This document shows positions 51,239-62,684 of a DNA stretch of 64,000 bases, piece by piece. The DNA is from Phyllosticta citribraziliensis. Lineage: Eukaryota. The stretch is from positions 1 through 64,000 of the forward strand of contig NW_027117345.1 in NCBI RefSeq assembly GCF_038025025.1. Direction: 5' to 3'. The notes under the pieces were generated by a model, which had not been told where the DNA came from, ran no database searches, and saw only the letters and a program-made list of their open reading frames with translations. Numbering within the stretch: the first letter of the stretch is position 1; the number at the start of each line of letters is the position of its first letter. Made by a program: the position numbers and the translations under genes.

Positions 51239-51377
51239 GAGTATGATATGGGCTGGAAAGAGTAAAAGTGAACCGACGCGGAACTCAGACCTGAGAGTAA
51301 CATGGGCTGACAGGAGCAAGTACTCACGCTGAACTCCGGTCTGAGAGTAACACGGGCTGGAAAGAGTATCAGTGGAC
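51239..51377 (+). repeat. Imperfect ~50-bp tandem repeat, about 2.7 copies
   Basis: Units share GAGTA..(T/C)GGGCTG..GAG.A..ACGC.GAACTC; CTGAGAGTAACA recurs at 51291 and 51341. Confidence 0.75.
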
Positions 51378-51685
51378 TTGATCGCCTTCAGCAGCAATTG
51401 GGCATAGATAAGAGGTCTTCATTGTCGGCGTTCTTCGTGACTTTTTGGGATAGTTATATAACTCCTCTTTAGTGGCCGTTTCTCTCAGGAGCATCTACCG
51501 CATACACGCAATTGTTCGTTGGACCTCATTCAGTAGTTGCCTTGGTTCCGCGACTGGGAACCTACTTCACCTCTTCGTTTCTCTCTCTTGCGCCTCTCCC
51601 GGCGCGAGCATCTTCGCTAGGTAGCTGAGCAAGCGTGTCAGCGAGTAGCTTGCTTGCCCCTGCCCGTACGAGGTTCCGCGACAAC

Positions 51686-52371
51686 ATGGGGAATCGACTG
51701 AATGCCGCCCTCGCGGTCCTCTTCCTCCTCTTCCACCTCATCCAAGGTAGGATCTCCATGTTCCCTCATACGCAACACCGCCAACGGACTGTGCAGGAAT
51801 GCCTCTAGACGCAGCGTCTCCCCTCGAACGAGCCGTTCTGGAAAAAAGGCAACCGCCACCGAACACATGCCCTGACAACGCACACCCTGCCGCGAAGCAC
51901 TACCACAACACGCGATGTGTGCAGATGCAGGGCAACAAGAAACTCCTCAAAGCACAATGCCGGGGGAACTCGGCAGTGCGCGTTTACTGCGGGGTGCCCA
52001 TCGTGGGGGTGCAGGACTTCGTAGACATCGATTGCGCCTTCAACGAGTTCTGCTTCCCCGATTCTGGAACCAACTGCATCGGGTACGAAGGACGAAGTAT
52101 GGACGCGTGCGTCAGGGACCTGGTGCCGGGCAACGTCGACACGCTGGGCCGCTGCTACGCCACGCAGGGCATCGAGATTCCGCAGACGGGCGCCGTGCTG
52201 CTGCACGCCCACACCTCGGGCGTCCATGCCAACTGGAAGGACTTTGAGAGCGGGCAGGCTCTGGCGGATAAGAGCTACTTTGATGAGTTTCTGTATGGGC
52301 CGGCTTCTGCTTCTCTGCGCGTCGTTATAGCTTGCACGAATGCCGTGTACTACTCGGTGTTCAAGATTTAG
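51686..52371 (+). CDS. Small secreted cysteine-rich protein (effector candidate), 211 aa; intron 51747-51796
   Basis: Exon 1 encodes signal peptide MGNRLNAALAVLFLLFHLIQG; propeptide ends in LEKR (Kex2 site); 10 Cys in the mature part. Confidence 0.82.
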
Positions 52372-52877
52372 CTGGGCTCGGTCGCGCTTCGCTTTGTCTC
52401 GTCGACGTCTGGTGGTGGGGTGGGCCGTGTATGTAACCGAACTAAGAATGCGATGGATGGACGGACGGACGCCACGGCTACGGTGACGGCGGTGAGGTGG
52501 ACCGGACGAGAGGGGAGAAAGAGAGTAGTGGTGTTTGTGGCGTCGAGTAGGGGTTATTGAGACTTTAGAAAGAGAGGTAGGTAGTAAACATGTAAGTAGG
52601 CGGAATGATATAGGCAGCGTTGAGCTACATACGTTCGATCTACAACGACACGCTTTTTAAAAAGAAAAAGGAATACCCGTTCGAAGCCAAGGTATACGCG
52701 TCATTAAATCATCGAGCCAATTCATCGCATCGCGTGCCCTGTCTATAACGAGGAACGAGGAAAAGAAGAGAAGAAAAGATCCTCCCACATGTACACGCAC
52801 GCCGCCTGCCTGCCTGCCTGCCTGTCTGTCTGTACTATATGTACACCCCCGCCAGCCGCATCGCGCCACACTTCCGC

Positions 52878-55800
52878 TTAGTAGACCTCCAAAACGTAGC
52901 GGCCGTCCTCCTTCATCTCCTCAATGACGCGGCGGCTATCGACCTTCTTGCCCGGCTGGCGCAGCTCGCTCTCCAGCTCGACAGCCTCCTGCAGCACAGC
53001 CGTGACATCCGGAACGGGCCACGTGGGGCCGCAGAGGTAGAACGAGCCCTCCTCCTCGAGGTACGCCTTGCGGATCTCGGCCATGCTCTGGCGCATGCGG
53101 TCCTGGATGTAGATCTTCTCGGGCTGGTCGCGCGAGAAGGCGCGGCCGAGCAGCGTGATGATGCCCGCGTCCTGGTATGCTTCCCATTCCTCGCCGTAGA
53201 GGTATTCTTCGCGCTGGTGGCGCGCGCCCATGTACAGTAGGACGGAGCCGATGGGCTCGCCGGCCTGCTTTTGGCGCGCGCGCTCTTGGACGAAGGCGCG
53301 GAAGGGCGCGAGGCCCGTTCCGAGACCCGCCATGATGATGGGCGCCGTCGTCTTGGGCGGCAGCTTCATGACCGAGGGCTTGACCGACACGGTGACGGGC
53401 GCGCCGACGGGCAGCGAGTTGAGGTACCGCGTGGCCTGGCCGAAGCGGTCGCGGCCGTACGAGTCGACCCAGTTGACCGTCACAATCAGGAGGGACACGC
53501 TGTTGGGCGTCACCTTTTGCGACGACGCAATCGAGTACTCGCGGCGCTTCATTGGGCTCACGATGCGCACAATGTCGTGGAAGGACGGGTGCGCAGACTT
53601 GAACTCGAGCAAAACATCGGCATACGTGATCGTGTCGACCTCGGCACGACGCTTGAATTCGGCCGCACCGTCGGGCGTGGCGAGCGTGAGCAGCGACTGC
53701 CTGTCCTTCTCTTCCGTCGCAAACTCGGCCAGCGCCTCGTAGAAGCGCTTGGGGGGACGGCCAAAAATGTCAACATTTTGGATGAGAGCCTGGAAGACGG
53801 TTCGGTTCTCCAGCACGTTGGGATCGTCGCGAGTGGGAACTTCGACGATCTCGTCGGCATTGAGGCCGTACCACTGGATAAACTCTTCGACCATCTTGGG
53901 GTCGTTTTCGGCGTGGACACCGAGAGCCTCGCCAATGTCGTACTTGACGCCAGAGTCACCAAGATCGAACTCAATGTGGAAAATGTTGCGGTCGTAGTCG
54001 GGAGGCGTCAGACGGCGGCGCTCCTTGACGTGGACAATGGCAGTCTTGACGGGCAGGTCAGGACGGAGGGCCGACTTGGTGCCGTACGCCTCCTTGAAGG
54101 CCAGACCCTTGGCAGCCGTGACCCAGTTCTTGAGCAGGGTCGGCGGCTCAGGGTCAACCCTCTCAAACGACGAGAAGCTGTTGACGTTGATGTCGGTAGG
54201 GAGCGAGATGCTCTCAACCTCAGGCTCAATGGTAGCCCAGGACTCGGGAACCTGGATTGGGCGAACAGCCGTCTCGACATCCTTGACAAAGGTCTCCAAA
54301 GAACCGCCGCTAAGAGTGGCAAGCTTCTCGACAGCAGCGTCAAACTTGGTGGGCTCCAAAATCTTGAGAGCAGCCAGCTCGACCAGGTACGCTTCGAGAG
54401 TGGTATCTTCTTGCACGCTGGGTGCGGCAGTCGAGTCGAGGACAAAGAGGTTGAGGTTCTTGGCAAAAATGGCCTTGCGAGCACCCACGGGGATGCGCTT
54501 TTCCAGATCTTCATCCTTGATAGCAGGAAGGCTGACGAGCAGAGTGGCTCCAGTCTTGAGGTTGTTGACAATGTCAAACTCATTCAGAAGCTTTTCGTCA
54601 CCGACAAAGGCAAAGTCGGCGGCCGAAACGGAGTAAGCTGCCTCGATGGACTTGTTGGACTTGCGCAAGTCTGTACGCACGACACCGCCCTGGACAAGGT
54701 TGTCGTGACCGGTGCGAATCGAGACATTGGTGGCAGAGTCCTTGGAGAAGAGCTGGCCGAGAGCAACGGGGGCGCCAATAGCAGGAGCATCGTCAATGTT
54801 CCAGAAAGTCAGCTGCTGCGCTGTCGGGTCCTCGAGAGAGACGGCGGTCGTGTCAATCTCCGAGTTGTACTTGGCAAACAGTTCGGCAAATTTGGACGGA
54901 GTCCACACCTCTTCCCTGGGGTACTTGACGTCCACAACGGACGAGGCCGAGTTGGAAGAGAAGCTCAGTGCAGCAAGGACATCGCTGTACAGCGCAGAGT
55001 GAGCGGTCTCGTCGGCAACGGCAGCAGCATCGTGGACCTGGCCCAGGACGGCAACGGTGCGGGCAGTCTGGGGAATGGCCTCGACGAAGAGCTCCTCAAC
55101 AAACGGACGGTAGACTCTGACGTTGAGAACACCAATCTTTGCGCCCTTGGCGGCAAGCGCGTCGGCAACCTGTCTGCCCAAAGAGGCCTCGACAGTGCCA
55201 AAGACGACAAAGACGGTCTCGGCGGCCTCGTGGCCGTGGTATTCGAACAGCTTGTAGTCAAAACCCAGCTCGTCGTTGAAAGCCTTGAGCAGGCGCACAA
55301 GTCTGCCCTCGTTGTCCGAGTGCTTGCCCTCGACGTTGGAGACGGCCTTGAGGATGGCATCGTAGTTGTTCTTCAGCCCCGACTTGTCGAGGACGTCGAC
55401 GACGCGGGTAGTCTCGCGGCCGACGGTGATGCCGTCGTAGGTGTGGATGGCGGGAACAATGCTAGCCAGCAGGGTAGAGAACAGGGCCATGTGCTGAATC
55501 TCGTAGGCAGATGCGCTGGAAACAAGGCCAAGGCCCAGCTCCTCGGCGAGGTTGAAGGCGGTCGAGTAGTCGGTCACCAGGCCGGTGGACGAGTTGGCGG
55601 CATAGTCGACGGCAGCAACGTGGGCAACAAAGGGATTGGCGACGGAGTAGAGCAGAGACAGCTGGTCCAGGGCGGGCCTCAGCTGGTTCAGACTCGAGGA
55701 CGAGGCGACAATGGCCTGAGGAATGTGCCTCTTTGCCAGGTCAAAGTCCTTGGAAAAGACGTAACCCAGGGCGAGGTTGCCGGCGCCAGTCCTCGTCTCG

Positions 55801-56099
55801 AGAGAAGAGACGCCCGTCTTGTATCCCCAGGCATTGGCCTCTGCCTTGTGCTGCCACTCTTTCAAGGCGACGTCCAAGTCATAGGTGTCGGGAGAGTAGG
55901 TGAAGATCTTGTCGGAGAGGGCGTAGGCGACTTGCTGGACGAGGGTTTGCGCGGTGAGGTAGGTAGGGCCGGCAATGGAGGAGAGGGAGACGTGCTGGCC
56001 AAAGGGCAGGTTGGAAGACTTGTGGGCGAATTGCTTGAGGGTCTTTTGTTCGGAGGAGTCGACGGCGGGGCCAGTCGATTCGGCCTGCTGGAAGTGCAT
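52878..56099 (-). CDS. MET10: Sulfite reductase [NADPH] flavoprotein (alpha) subunit, 1073 aa
   Basis: PFOR-like N-terminus, YDRNIFHIEFD, RREYSIASS (FAD), MAGLGTGLAPFRAF, AFSRDQPEKIYIQD, FYLCGPTWP and GRYVLEVY. Confidence 0.96.
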   Translation of the reverse strand: MHFQQAESTGPAVDSSEQKTLKQFAHKSSNLPFGQHVSLSSIAGPTYLTAQTLVQQVAYALSDKIFTYSPDTYDLDVALKEWQHKAEANAWGYKTGVSSLETRTGAGNLALGYVFSKDFDLAKRHIPQAIVASSSSLNQLRPALDQLSLLYSVANPFVAHVAAVDYAANSSTGLVTDYSTAFNLAEELGLGLVSSASAYEIQHMALFSTLLASIVPAIHTYDGITVGRETTRVVDVLDKSGLKNNYDAILKAVSNVEGKHSDNEGRLVRLLKAFNDELGFDYKLFEYHGHEAAETVFVVFGTVEASLGRQVADALAAKGAKIGVLNVRVYRPFVEELFVEAIPQTARTVAVLGQVHDAAAVADETAHSALYSDVLAALSFSSNSASSVVDVKYPREEVWTPSKFAELFAKYNSEIDTTAVSLEDPTAQQLTFWNIDDAPAIGAPVALGQLFSKDSATNVSIRTGHDNLVQGGVVRTDLRKSNKSIEAAYSVSAADFAFVGDEKLLNEFDIVNNLKTGATLLVSLPAIKDEDLEKRIPVGARKAIFAKNLNLFVLDSTAAPSVQEDTTLEAYLVELAALKILEPTKFDAAVEKLATLSGGSLETFVKDVETAVRPIQVPESWATIEPEVESISLPTDINVNSFSSFERVDPEPPTLLKNWVTAAKGLAFKEAYGTKSALRPDLPVKTAIVHVKERRRLTPPDYDRNIFHIEFDLGDSGVKYDIGEALGVHAENDPKMVEEFIQWYGLNADEIVEVPTRDDPNVLENRTVFQALIQNVDIFGRPPKRFYEALAEFATEEKDRQSLLTLATPDGAAEFKRRAEVDTITYADVLLEFKSAHPSFHDIVRIVSPMKRREYSIASSQKVTPNSVSLLIVTVNWVDSYGRDRFGQATRYLNSLPVGAPVTVSVKPSVMKLPPKTTAPIIMAGLGTGLAPFRAFVQERARQKQAGEPIGSVLLYMGARHQREEYLYGEEWEAYQDAGIITLLGRAFSRDQPEKIYIQDRMRQSMAEIRKAYLEEEGSFYLCGPTWPVPDVTAVLQEAVELESELRQPGKKVDSRRVIEEMKEDGRYVLEVY

Positions 56100-56815
56100 G
56101 GTTGGCGCGAAGAGACTTTTTTCCCTTGAGTGTATGCGATTGAAGTGTCAAGGGAGCCGGGACAATGGGAGAGGCGGCGCGCTCTCGTGGGGGATATTTG
56201 CCCTCTTTTGCGAACAAAGCCGGGGCTTGGGATTGGGGGGCGGAGAGGGAGGAAGAGTCGCGAGGAGCGGAGAAGAGGGCCAGACGGGCAAAAAAGAGGC
56301 GTAGTGGAGAGTCCCGATACCGCTCCCGTCTGGCTGAGAAATTGGTATAAGCATGACTGCCGTCGACATGGTTGGCTCGACGAACCCAATCAGGTTTGGT
56401 GTTGATGGCGTGCTCGCTGGCAGAATCCTCACCGCCCGCAGCCCTGCGCCTCGGCCCAGTCTCTGCCGACAACATTAGTCATCCCTCTCCCTCTCCCTCT
56501 CCCCTCCTCAACACCACGGTTCCGTCGCTTGTCCTCATGGCGTGCTTGTGCCGCTCTCTTGTCTCTTGCCGACCATGCCGATGATGCCGAATAGTACATA
56601 ATATCCTGTCGTCCGAGACTCTGCCTCGCTCCACCTTCAACACATGCGCCATGTTGCTGCGCCGCTGACTCGCAGCTCGCAGGCCTCTCCAACTGCCAAT
56701 TCCGGTAAGCCGTTGTGATGGCTCGACGCACTGCATATTCCTGCACTTGTACAAATGCCTCTCTACATACGCCGGCTGTCTTCAACCTGTTCTACAAATT
56801 TCATCCCTTTCCATC

Positions 56816-57857
56816 ATGAGCGATTCCCGCGTCTTCAGCATTGATCATTTCACCTCCACTCTTCACACTCAGCCCTGTTCCCAACTTCTCCCCACCAACA
56901 ACCGTCTACCGTCTCCTTTTGCTGTCGTCGTCATTGGCGCCTCGCGCGGAGTTGGTGCTGGCATCGCTGCTGCATATGCCAAAGCAGGTGCCTCGCTTTT
57001 GATTCTGGCTGCGCGCAACACCGACGAACTCGCCAGCGTTGCCCGCAGCCTTGTCGCCGACTCGACAACAGCGAGCCCAAAGGTCCTCACCCACTACTGT
57101 GATGTAGCCTCGCCCACTTCGGTCAAGTCTTTCGCTGCCTACGTAAATGCTCGGCTTGCCAACCATGACCTGCCAAAGTTGGATGCGTGCATCTTCAACA
57201 GTGGCTACAGTGGCCAGGTCCATTTGCGCCTCACTGATGGCGACCCGGAGGATGGCCAATGGGGAACGGCTTTTGGCGTCAATGCCTTGGGAACTTACCA
57301 TGCAGCCCACTACTTTGTCCCCTTACTGCGCGCTGAGCTTATGCAATCGACCCCAGAGCTGAGGAATCCCGGTTCCTTCGTCGCTGTCGGCAGCATCGCC
57401 TCGTGCATAACCACTGGAATCATCGCCAACTCCAAATACTGCATCAGCAAGATGGCGCAGGCGCGAATCGTAGAGCACTTGGCCGAGCAGTTTGGAAGTG
57501 GTCAAGATCTAGAGCAGGGCAACCAGGGACCGCCAGGCATGTTGGCAGTCGCAGTCCATCCTGGCGCCGTTGACACGCAAATGGCCAGGGACTCTTGTCC
57601 AGAAGATTTCTACAAGTGTGAGTTGCAACCGTTGCCAAGCCAAACACGACGGCTAATGCGCAGCACCAGATCTCACAGACTCGCCCGACCTCTGTGGCGC
57701 TTTTTGCGTGTGGTTGACCAGAGACCCAGAACGCGTCATGTGGTTGAATGGACGCCTGCTCAGTGCGACGTGGGACCCGGACGAGTTACTTGCAAAGAGG
57801 GACGACGTAATCAAGGGCGACTTGCTCAAATTCGTGGCGGTGACGTCCAAGCAGTGA
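56816..57857 (+). CDS. Short-chain dehydrogenase/reductase (intron 57618-57669)
   Basis: IGASRGVG, FNSG, YCISK and AVHPGAVDT; spliced C-terminus DSPDLCGAFCVWL..WLNGRLLSATWD. Confidence 0.9.
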
Positions 57858-58555
57858 CCTGTAAATGCACATCCTGGCAAGATTTGTCCATGGTGCCAAA
57901 TGGCCGAGCCCTGGGCAGAGATGTTTGACTTGTACCTGACAGATTGATGGTTGGGTCATGCTGATGAGGCTGGATTCTCGGGGAGCTATCCCAACTGCGT
58001 GGCTGAACATGGCAGACGTCTGCATATCCGACTCCTTGTTTCTATCACCAGCGTATGCGACAGACACATTTTGCCCTCTTGCCTTTTCACATTGCAAGCC
58101 GGCTCACTTCTGTAAGGCCAGCAGTTCGTCCCCGTCAGCATTCATCCTTGGTCGTGCCAACCAATCAGAGTCTAGCGCCCGTTGGCTGCAAGCCATAGCC
58201 GCCATTTGCAGGGACTTCATCTACCTCGACGCCCCACTCAAAAGCATCGCCTGAACATGTTGGGTGTTTTGCAGTGCAAACCCAAGCAGATGACCTGTTG
58301 GTGTATCGAAGGCCGGCATTGTGGCCATTAGGTGTCGACCGTGGGGCTGGTTTTGCACTGCACTAGAGGCTTGGGCGAGTGGCGATGGCTGGGGAGCTCT
58401 TCCAGCCACCACTTTTCCACCACTGCAAAATGGGCTGTGTCACCACAGATAATTGAGACAGCCCTCTGCGCACTGTTGCTTTGCTGGCCGCGCGCATCCC
58501 AAAGCATCCAATTCCAATCGATCAACACTGGAAACCACATATTCGGCAATCAAAC

Positions 58556-60543
58556 ATGCAGCGCAGTTCGCACAGCAACGCGGGTGCGACTGCGAGCGAC
58601 CATCAAACACAGTCCAAATCGGGCAGTCCGCGACGTGTCAATTTCGACTTGACACCGAATGATGGACGGAACTGGCACCAAAATGCGACATCGCCCCTCA
58701 TCAGCCCGCGAAAGGGACCTCCGTCCATTCCATACTGCGACCTTGCCACACCACTGCTGTCAAAGCGAGAAAATGGATTGGACGACTCATCGCGGTCCAG
58801 CTCGCCCAGTCACTCTCGACTTCGCTGGGCAGAACTGCGAAGTATAGCTCGAAACTCGCTCGCGACGTGGGAATCGTCCAGAAAAGGCGCAAGCAGCAGC
58901 ACTCCGCGGCCAGCGTCTCCGCAAAAGAGCCAGTCACCGGGCCCAAAGAGTCCCCTCAAGCCGTGCCTCAAGTCCCCAACCTCGCCGACCTTTGCGCCGC
59001 AACTCCCTCCGCCGGCTCCCGTTCCCCCGCCTCCACGCACCCCGAGGAGAACGGCGTGGCGCAGTCAAGTTGCGCCGTCTCTGCCAACGCTGGTCGAGGT
59101 GTCGAGTGCTGCGTCGGGCGCAAAATCGGACAGTGCTTCTCGAGCGAGCAAGAGTAGCAAGTCGAACCAGAGCAACAGGAACAATAGGCCAAGGGCAGCG
59201 GCGGGAAGGGCCTTGCGGCATGAAAAGTATGAGATGGAGAGGAAGAAGCGGATTCGAGAGTATGGCAGCAAAGTCTCGCAGACCAGCCGTGCGAGCAAAA
59301 GTCGGCCACAGGGTGAATCTCCAAGACCAATCAAACAAGAGCAAGGGAAAAGAGTGAGCAGGCACGAGGAAAATGATAGCGAGCTGTCCAACACTAGCAA
59401 ATCCAGCCGCAACAGCAGAAGCAGCCGCGTCATCAAGACCAAAGAAGCCAACAAGAAGAGCCCGCCTCGCCCACCTCTAACCCGCCGCGACGCCATCCTC
59501 GAAGCCATGCGCGTAGAGGATCCGCCCGCTCCGCCTCTCGCCTCATCCAGCGTCTACTCGTCGAGCGAGTGCTCGTCGCCCACCATTTACTCGTCCTCGA
59601 GCATCTACTCGACGGACACTGCCACACCCACCAGTCCAGCCACGTCGACAGAGCGCAGTTCGCCGCCGAGCACGCCACTGTCGAAGCGCACCGCGTCTAC
59701 AAGTCCCACGTCGTATACCGCTTCTGGTAGCGACACTGAGAGCTTTCCCAAGACACCTCAAACGCCAACGAGCCCGACAAAGACGGCCACCTCGGCGACC
59801 GTCACCGAATTCGACAGCGAGGCCGACACTGCGCGGACGGAAACTGTCGACACGGCATCCAGCACGCATCGGACCGTCAGTTCCGTCGCGCTCGGCAGCG
59901 CGCTCGGGCTCAAGAGACCGTCGAGCGCGGTGCGGTCCGTCTTGGGGCTCCAGGAGAGCCAGGTCTCTGCCGCTCAGGAGCCTTTGGTCCCAGAACCTGA
60001 ACCACGCAGGAGACGCAAGAAGACAGAGCCCCGAACCGAGGAGACAGAAAAGAATCGGAAGAATGAGAACGACGGCGGCGGACCGACTGCCGACTTGCCC
60101 AAAACTAAACCGCAGCCGCGCGTGCGAAAGCGCAAACAAGCACGCTTCCCCGAGACGGCAGAGACGCCAGCCAAAGACCTGAAAAAGACAACGTCAGATT
60201 CGGGTGAGCGCCACAGCAAGCCGTCGATCCGCGGGGGCGCAGACGAGCAGCGGCCAAAGCGAGAGCGCAAGGACGGCGGGAGGAAGAGAGAGGCGCAAAA
60301 AGCGCCGGCGAGCGTGGACAAGGAGAACAAGACGCCGGAGGTGGGAGACGGTGCAGTGGTGGAGGACGACAAGACGCCGCGCCGCCACGTCTCGCACAGC
60401 ATCAAGTCGCGGCGCTCCGTGTGCGTGCGCGGGCAGGGGATGAATCTGTTCATCGACATGGCGCACGCCAAACCGTCGACGTGCTCATCATCCCCAACCT
60501 TTGCGTCGACTGCGCCCTCAACGCCCCGTAGCCAACACCGCTC

Positions 60544-60581
<38 letters not shown>

Positions 60582-61582
60582 GCCAACCACCTCACGCCAA
60601 CAACCCCCCTGCCGCTGCAGACGACGACCTATCATCCTGCCTGTCCACCACAACAGCAACGTCCCTCCACCCCGGCGTCGACCTCACCCGCAACCCCACC
60701 AAACCCAAAAACCTCGCCTTCCGCAACCCCTTCGCGCAGCCCCCGCCGCCGCAGTGCGGCATGCGCTACACGCGGCCCGTCCGGCGGGCGTACGCGTGGC
60801 CGCGGCTCGACCGCGGGTTCGACGGCGTTGGTCGCCCGCCGCTGGATCTGGGCAAGGCGTTGCCGCCGATTCCGCGGGGAGCGGATTCCGGTTGTGAGTC
60901 TGACGAGGATGGTGCTTTTGGTGCTGCTGTGGGTGCGCGTGCGAGAACGAGGCCGCAGAGCTCGCAGCAAAGAAGCAGTGCGAAGCAGAAAGACGACGGG
61001 AAACCGCATCCGCATCCCCGCCGCCTCTCCCTCTCGCTCTCGGCGCTGCCCGACACGCCGTTCCTCGGCGCGCTCGACGTGTCGAGGCTGGCGGTGGGCG
61101 AGGAGCGCGTTTTCAGGCTACCGCCGCCGCCGCCAGCATCGACGACTACAACAGCGACGGCAACGGAGGAGGCGGCGGTCACGGCGTCGGGGCTGTCGAG
61201 GTCGTTTGAGCCGGGTGCGGGTAGAGGGATGAAGATGCGGCGGCACGGGTCGGCGCCGCAGCCCACGACGGCGACGACAGCGACGACAGCGACGGTGAAG
61301 GAGATGCAGGTGGCTAGCAGCAGAGGGAGGTTCTCGTGCGATGACGCTGCTTCATCATCGCGTCGAGGTCAGTCTCAACCCCACCAGCGCAGTCGCAGTC
61401 GCCCACCACCATCAGAGCCAGAACGCCCACACAGCCGCACCGAGTCAACGAGCCGCAGCGAAGGACAGAGCGCCGTCGATCAAGAAGTAGACGGCATAGC
61501 GCGGCGGCTGGCTTTTGCGATCAAGAATGGGCGGGCGAAGGGGACGCGCGCGGTCAAGGTGAGTTGGGTTGTGGGGTACTGA
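58556..61582 (+). CDS. Large Ser/Pro/Thr/Arg-rich, intrinsically disordered hypothetical protein (about 1008 aa) with a poly-His tract
   Basis: A 3-kb uninterrupted ORF; (CAT)12 at 60545-60580; short ordered C-terminus ..IARRLAFAIKNG..VKVSWVVGY. Confidence 0.75.
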
Positions 61583-62648
61583 GTTGGGTCGGAAGAGGGG
61601 AGAGACGATTGGCGTATGTATGTATGCACGAATATACTGTGCGGTACAGGAAGTGTGTTCATGAGGTGGGCTGGAGACAAGCTATACACCAGATGGAGAG
61701 CAAGAGCGAAACGCATGGCCAACAGAGTTGAGTGAGTGGAGTGGGTATGAAGAGTGTTTGTCCATGCTGTAACTCTTTACTGGACCGAAGAATGAGGTTG
61801 CTTGTGTTGTCAGCACTCACTACTCGATGCCGCATCTCCCATTGCAACGACACATTCTTGCTCACAGCGAGGAAAGGCGTGCGGAGTGAACAAGCCGCAT
61901 TGTCGCTCTTCCTTTGCTGTCACGGGATGGAGGGTCGCAAGCAAGTCAAAGCGTCGATGCGGCGAGTTGAGGTAGCTGTTAGGTATCAGATAGCCATGTC
62001 ATGTAGTCGGATGTTTTCTTATTTCTGCGTTACCTATCTTGGCTTGCTGCGTCTGCCTTTTCATCGTCGCGGTGAAGAGGGTTCTTGACTACTGTACCTA
62101 CCGTAGCTGGCCCGGCCCGCTGCTTGGGTCTTTGGAGTCACAGCACACTGATTGCCGTCTTTGATTGGCCGCGGCAGACGGCAGAGAGCGAAGCCAGCTC
62201 TGCAACTTGCACTTCTTGCGCAGTCGCTGGGCTACTACATGCCTAGGTACTGCTCGTGCGGCGCCGACGGCATGGACTGCGTCAAGGGAAGTGTCTCTAT
62301 GGAATGCTGAGGTGTGGCGGTGCTTCGCTGTATGTGGGTAGATAAGGTAGCACACAGCCGGAGCACCCAGCCCACACCAACCCATGCCACCTCGCCGCCA
62401 TTGGCGATGCAGACAAACACAGCATGACTACAGCACCACGGTGACTCCCTCGATGGCCGCCTCGACGCTTGCAATCGCGGCATGGAGACAAGGCCGCGGG
62501 CGGCAAAGCAGCTCTCGCGGCAGAAAGGACATGTGTTTCAACGGGCCAGGGCGGATTTCGCATCTGAACGGCGAGCACTCTATCTGAATGCAGGCCGACG
62601 CGAGCTTGTGGCTGGCAGGCAGGCAGGCAGCGAGGCTTTCTTTGGTCG

Positions 62649-62684
<36 letters not shown>

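Noticed and set aside
51239..51377. CRISPR-like repeat-spacer array
   Set aside because: Eukaryotic context, whole units are similar (no unique spacers), fewer than 3 copies, and no cas genes.
53271..56129. 952-aa plus-strand ORF
   Set aside because: Antisense mirror of MET10; no independent motifs.
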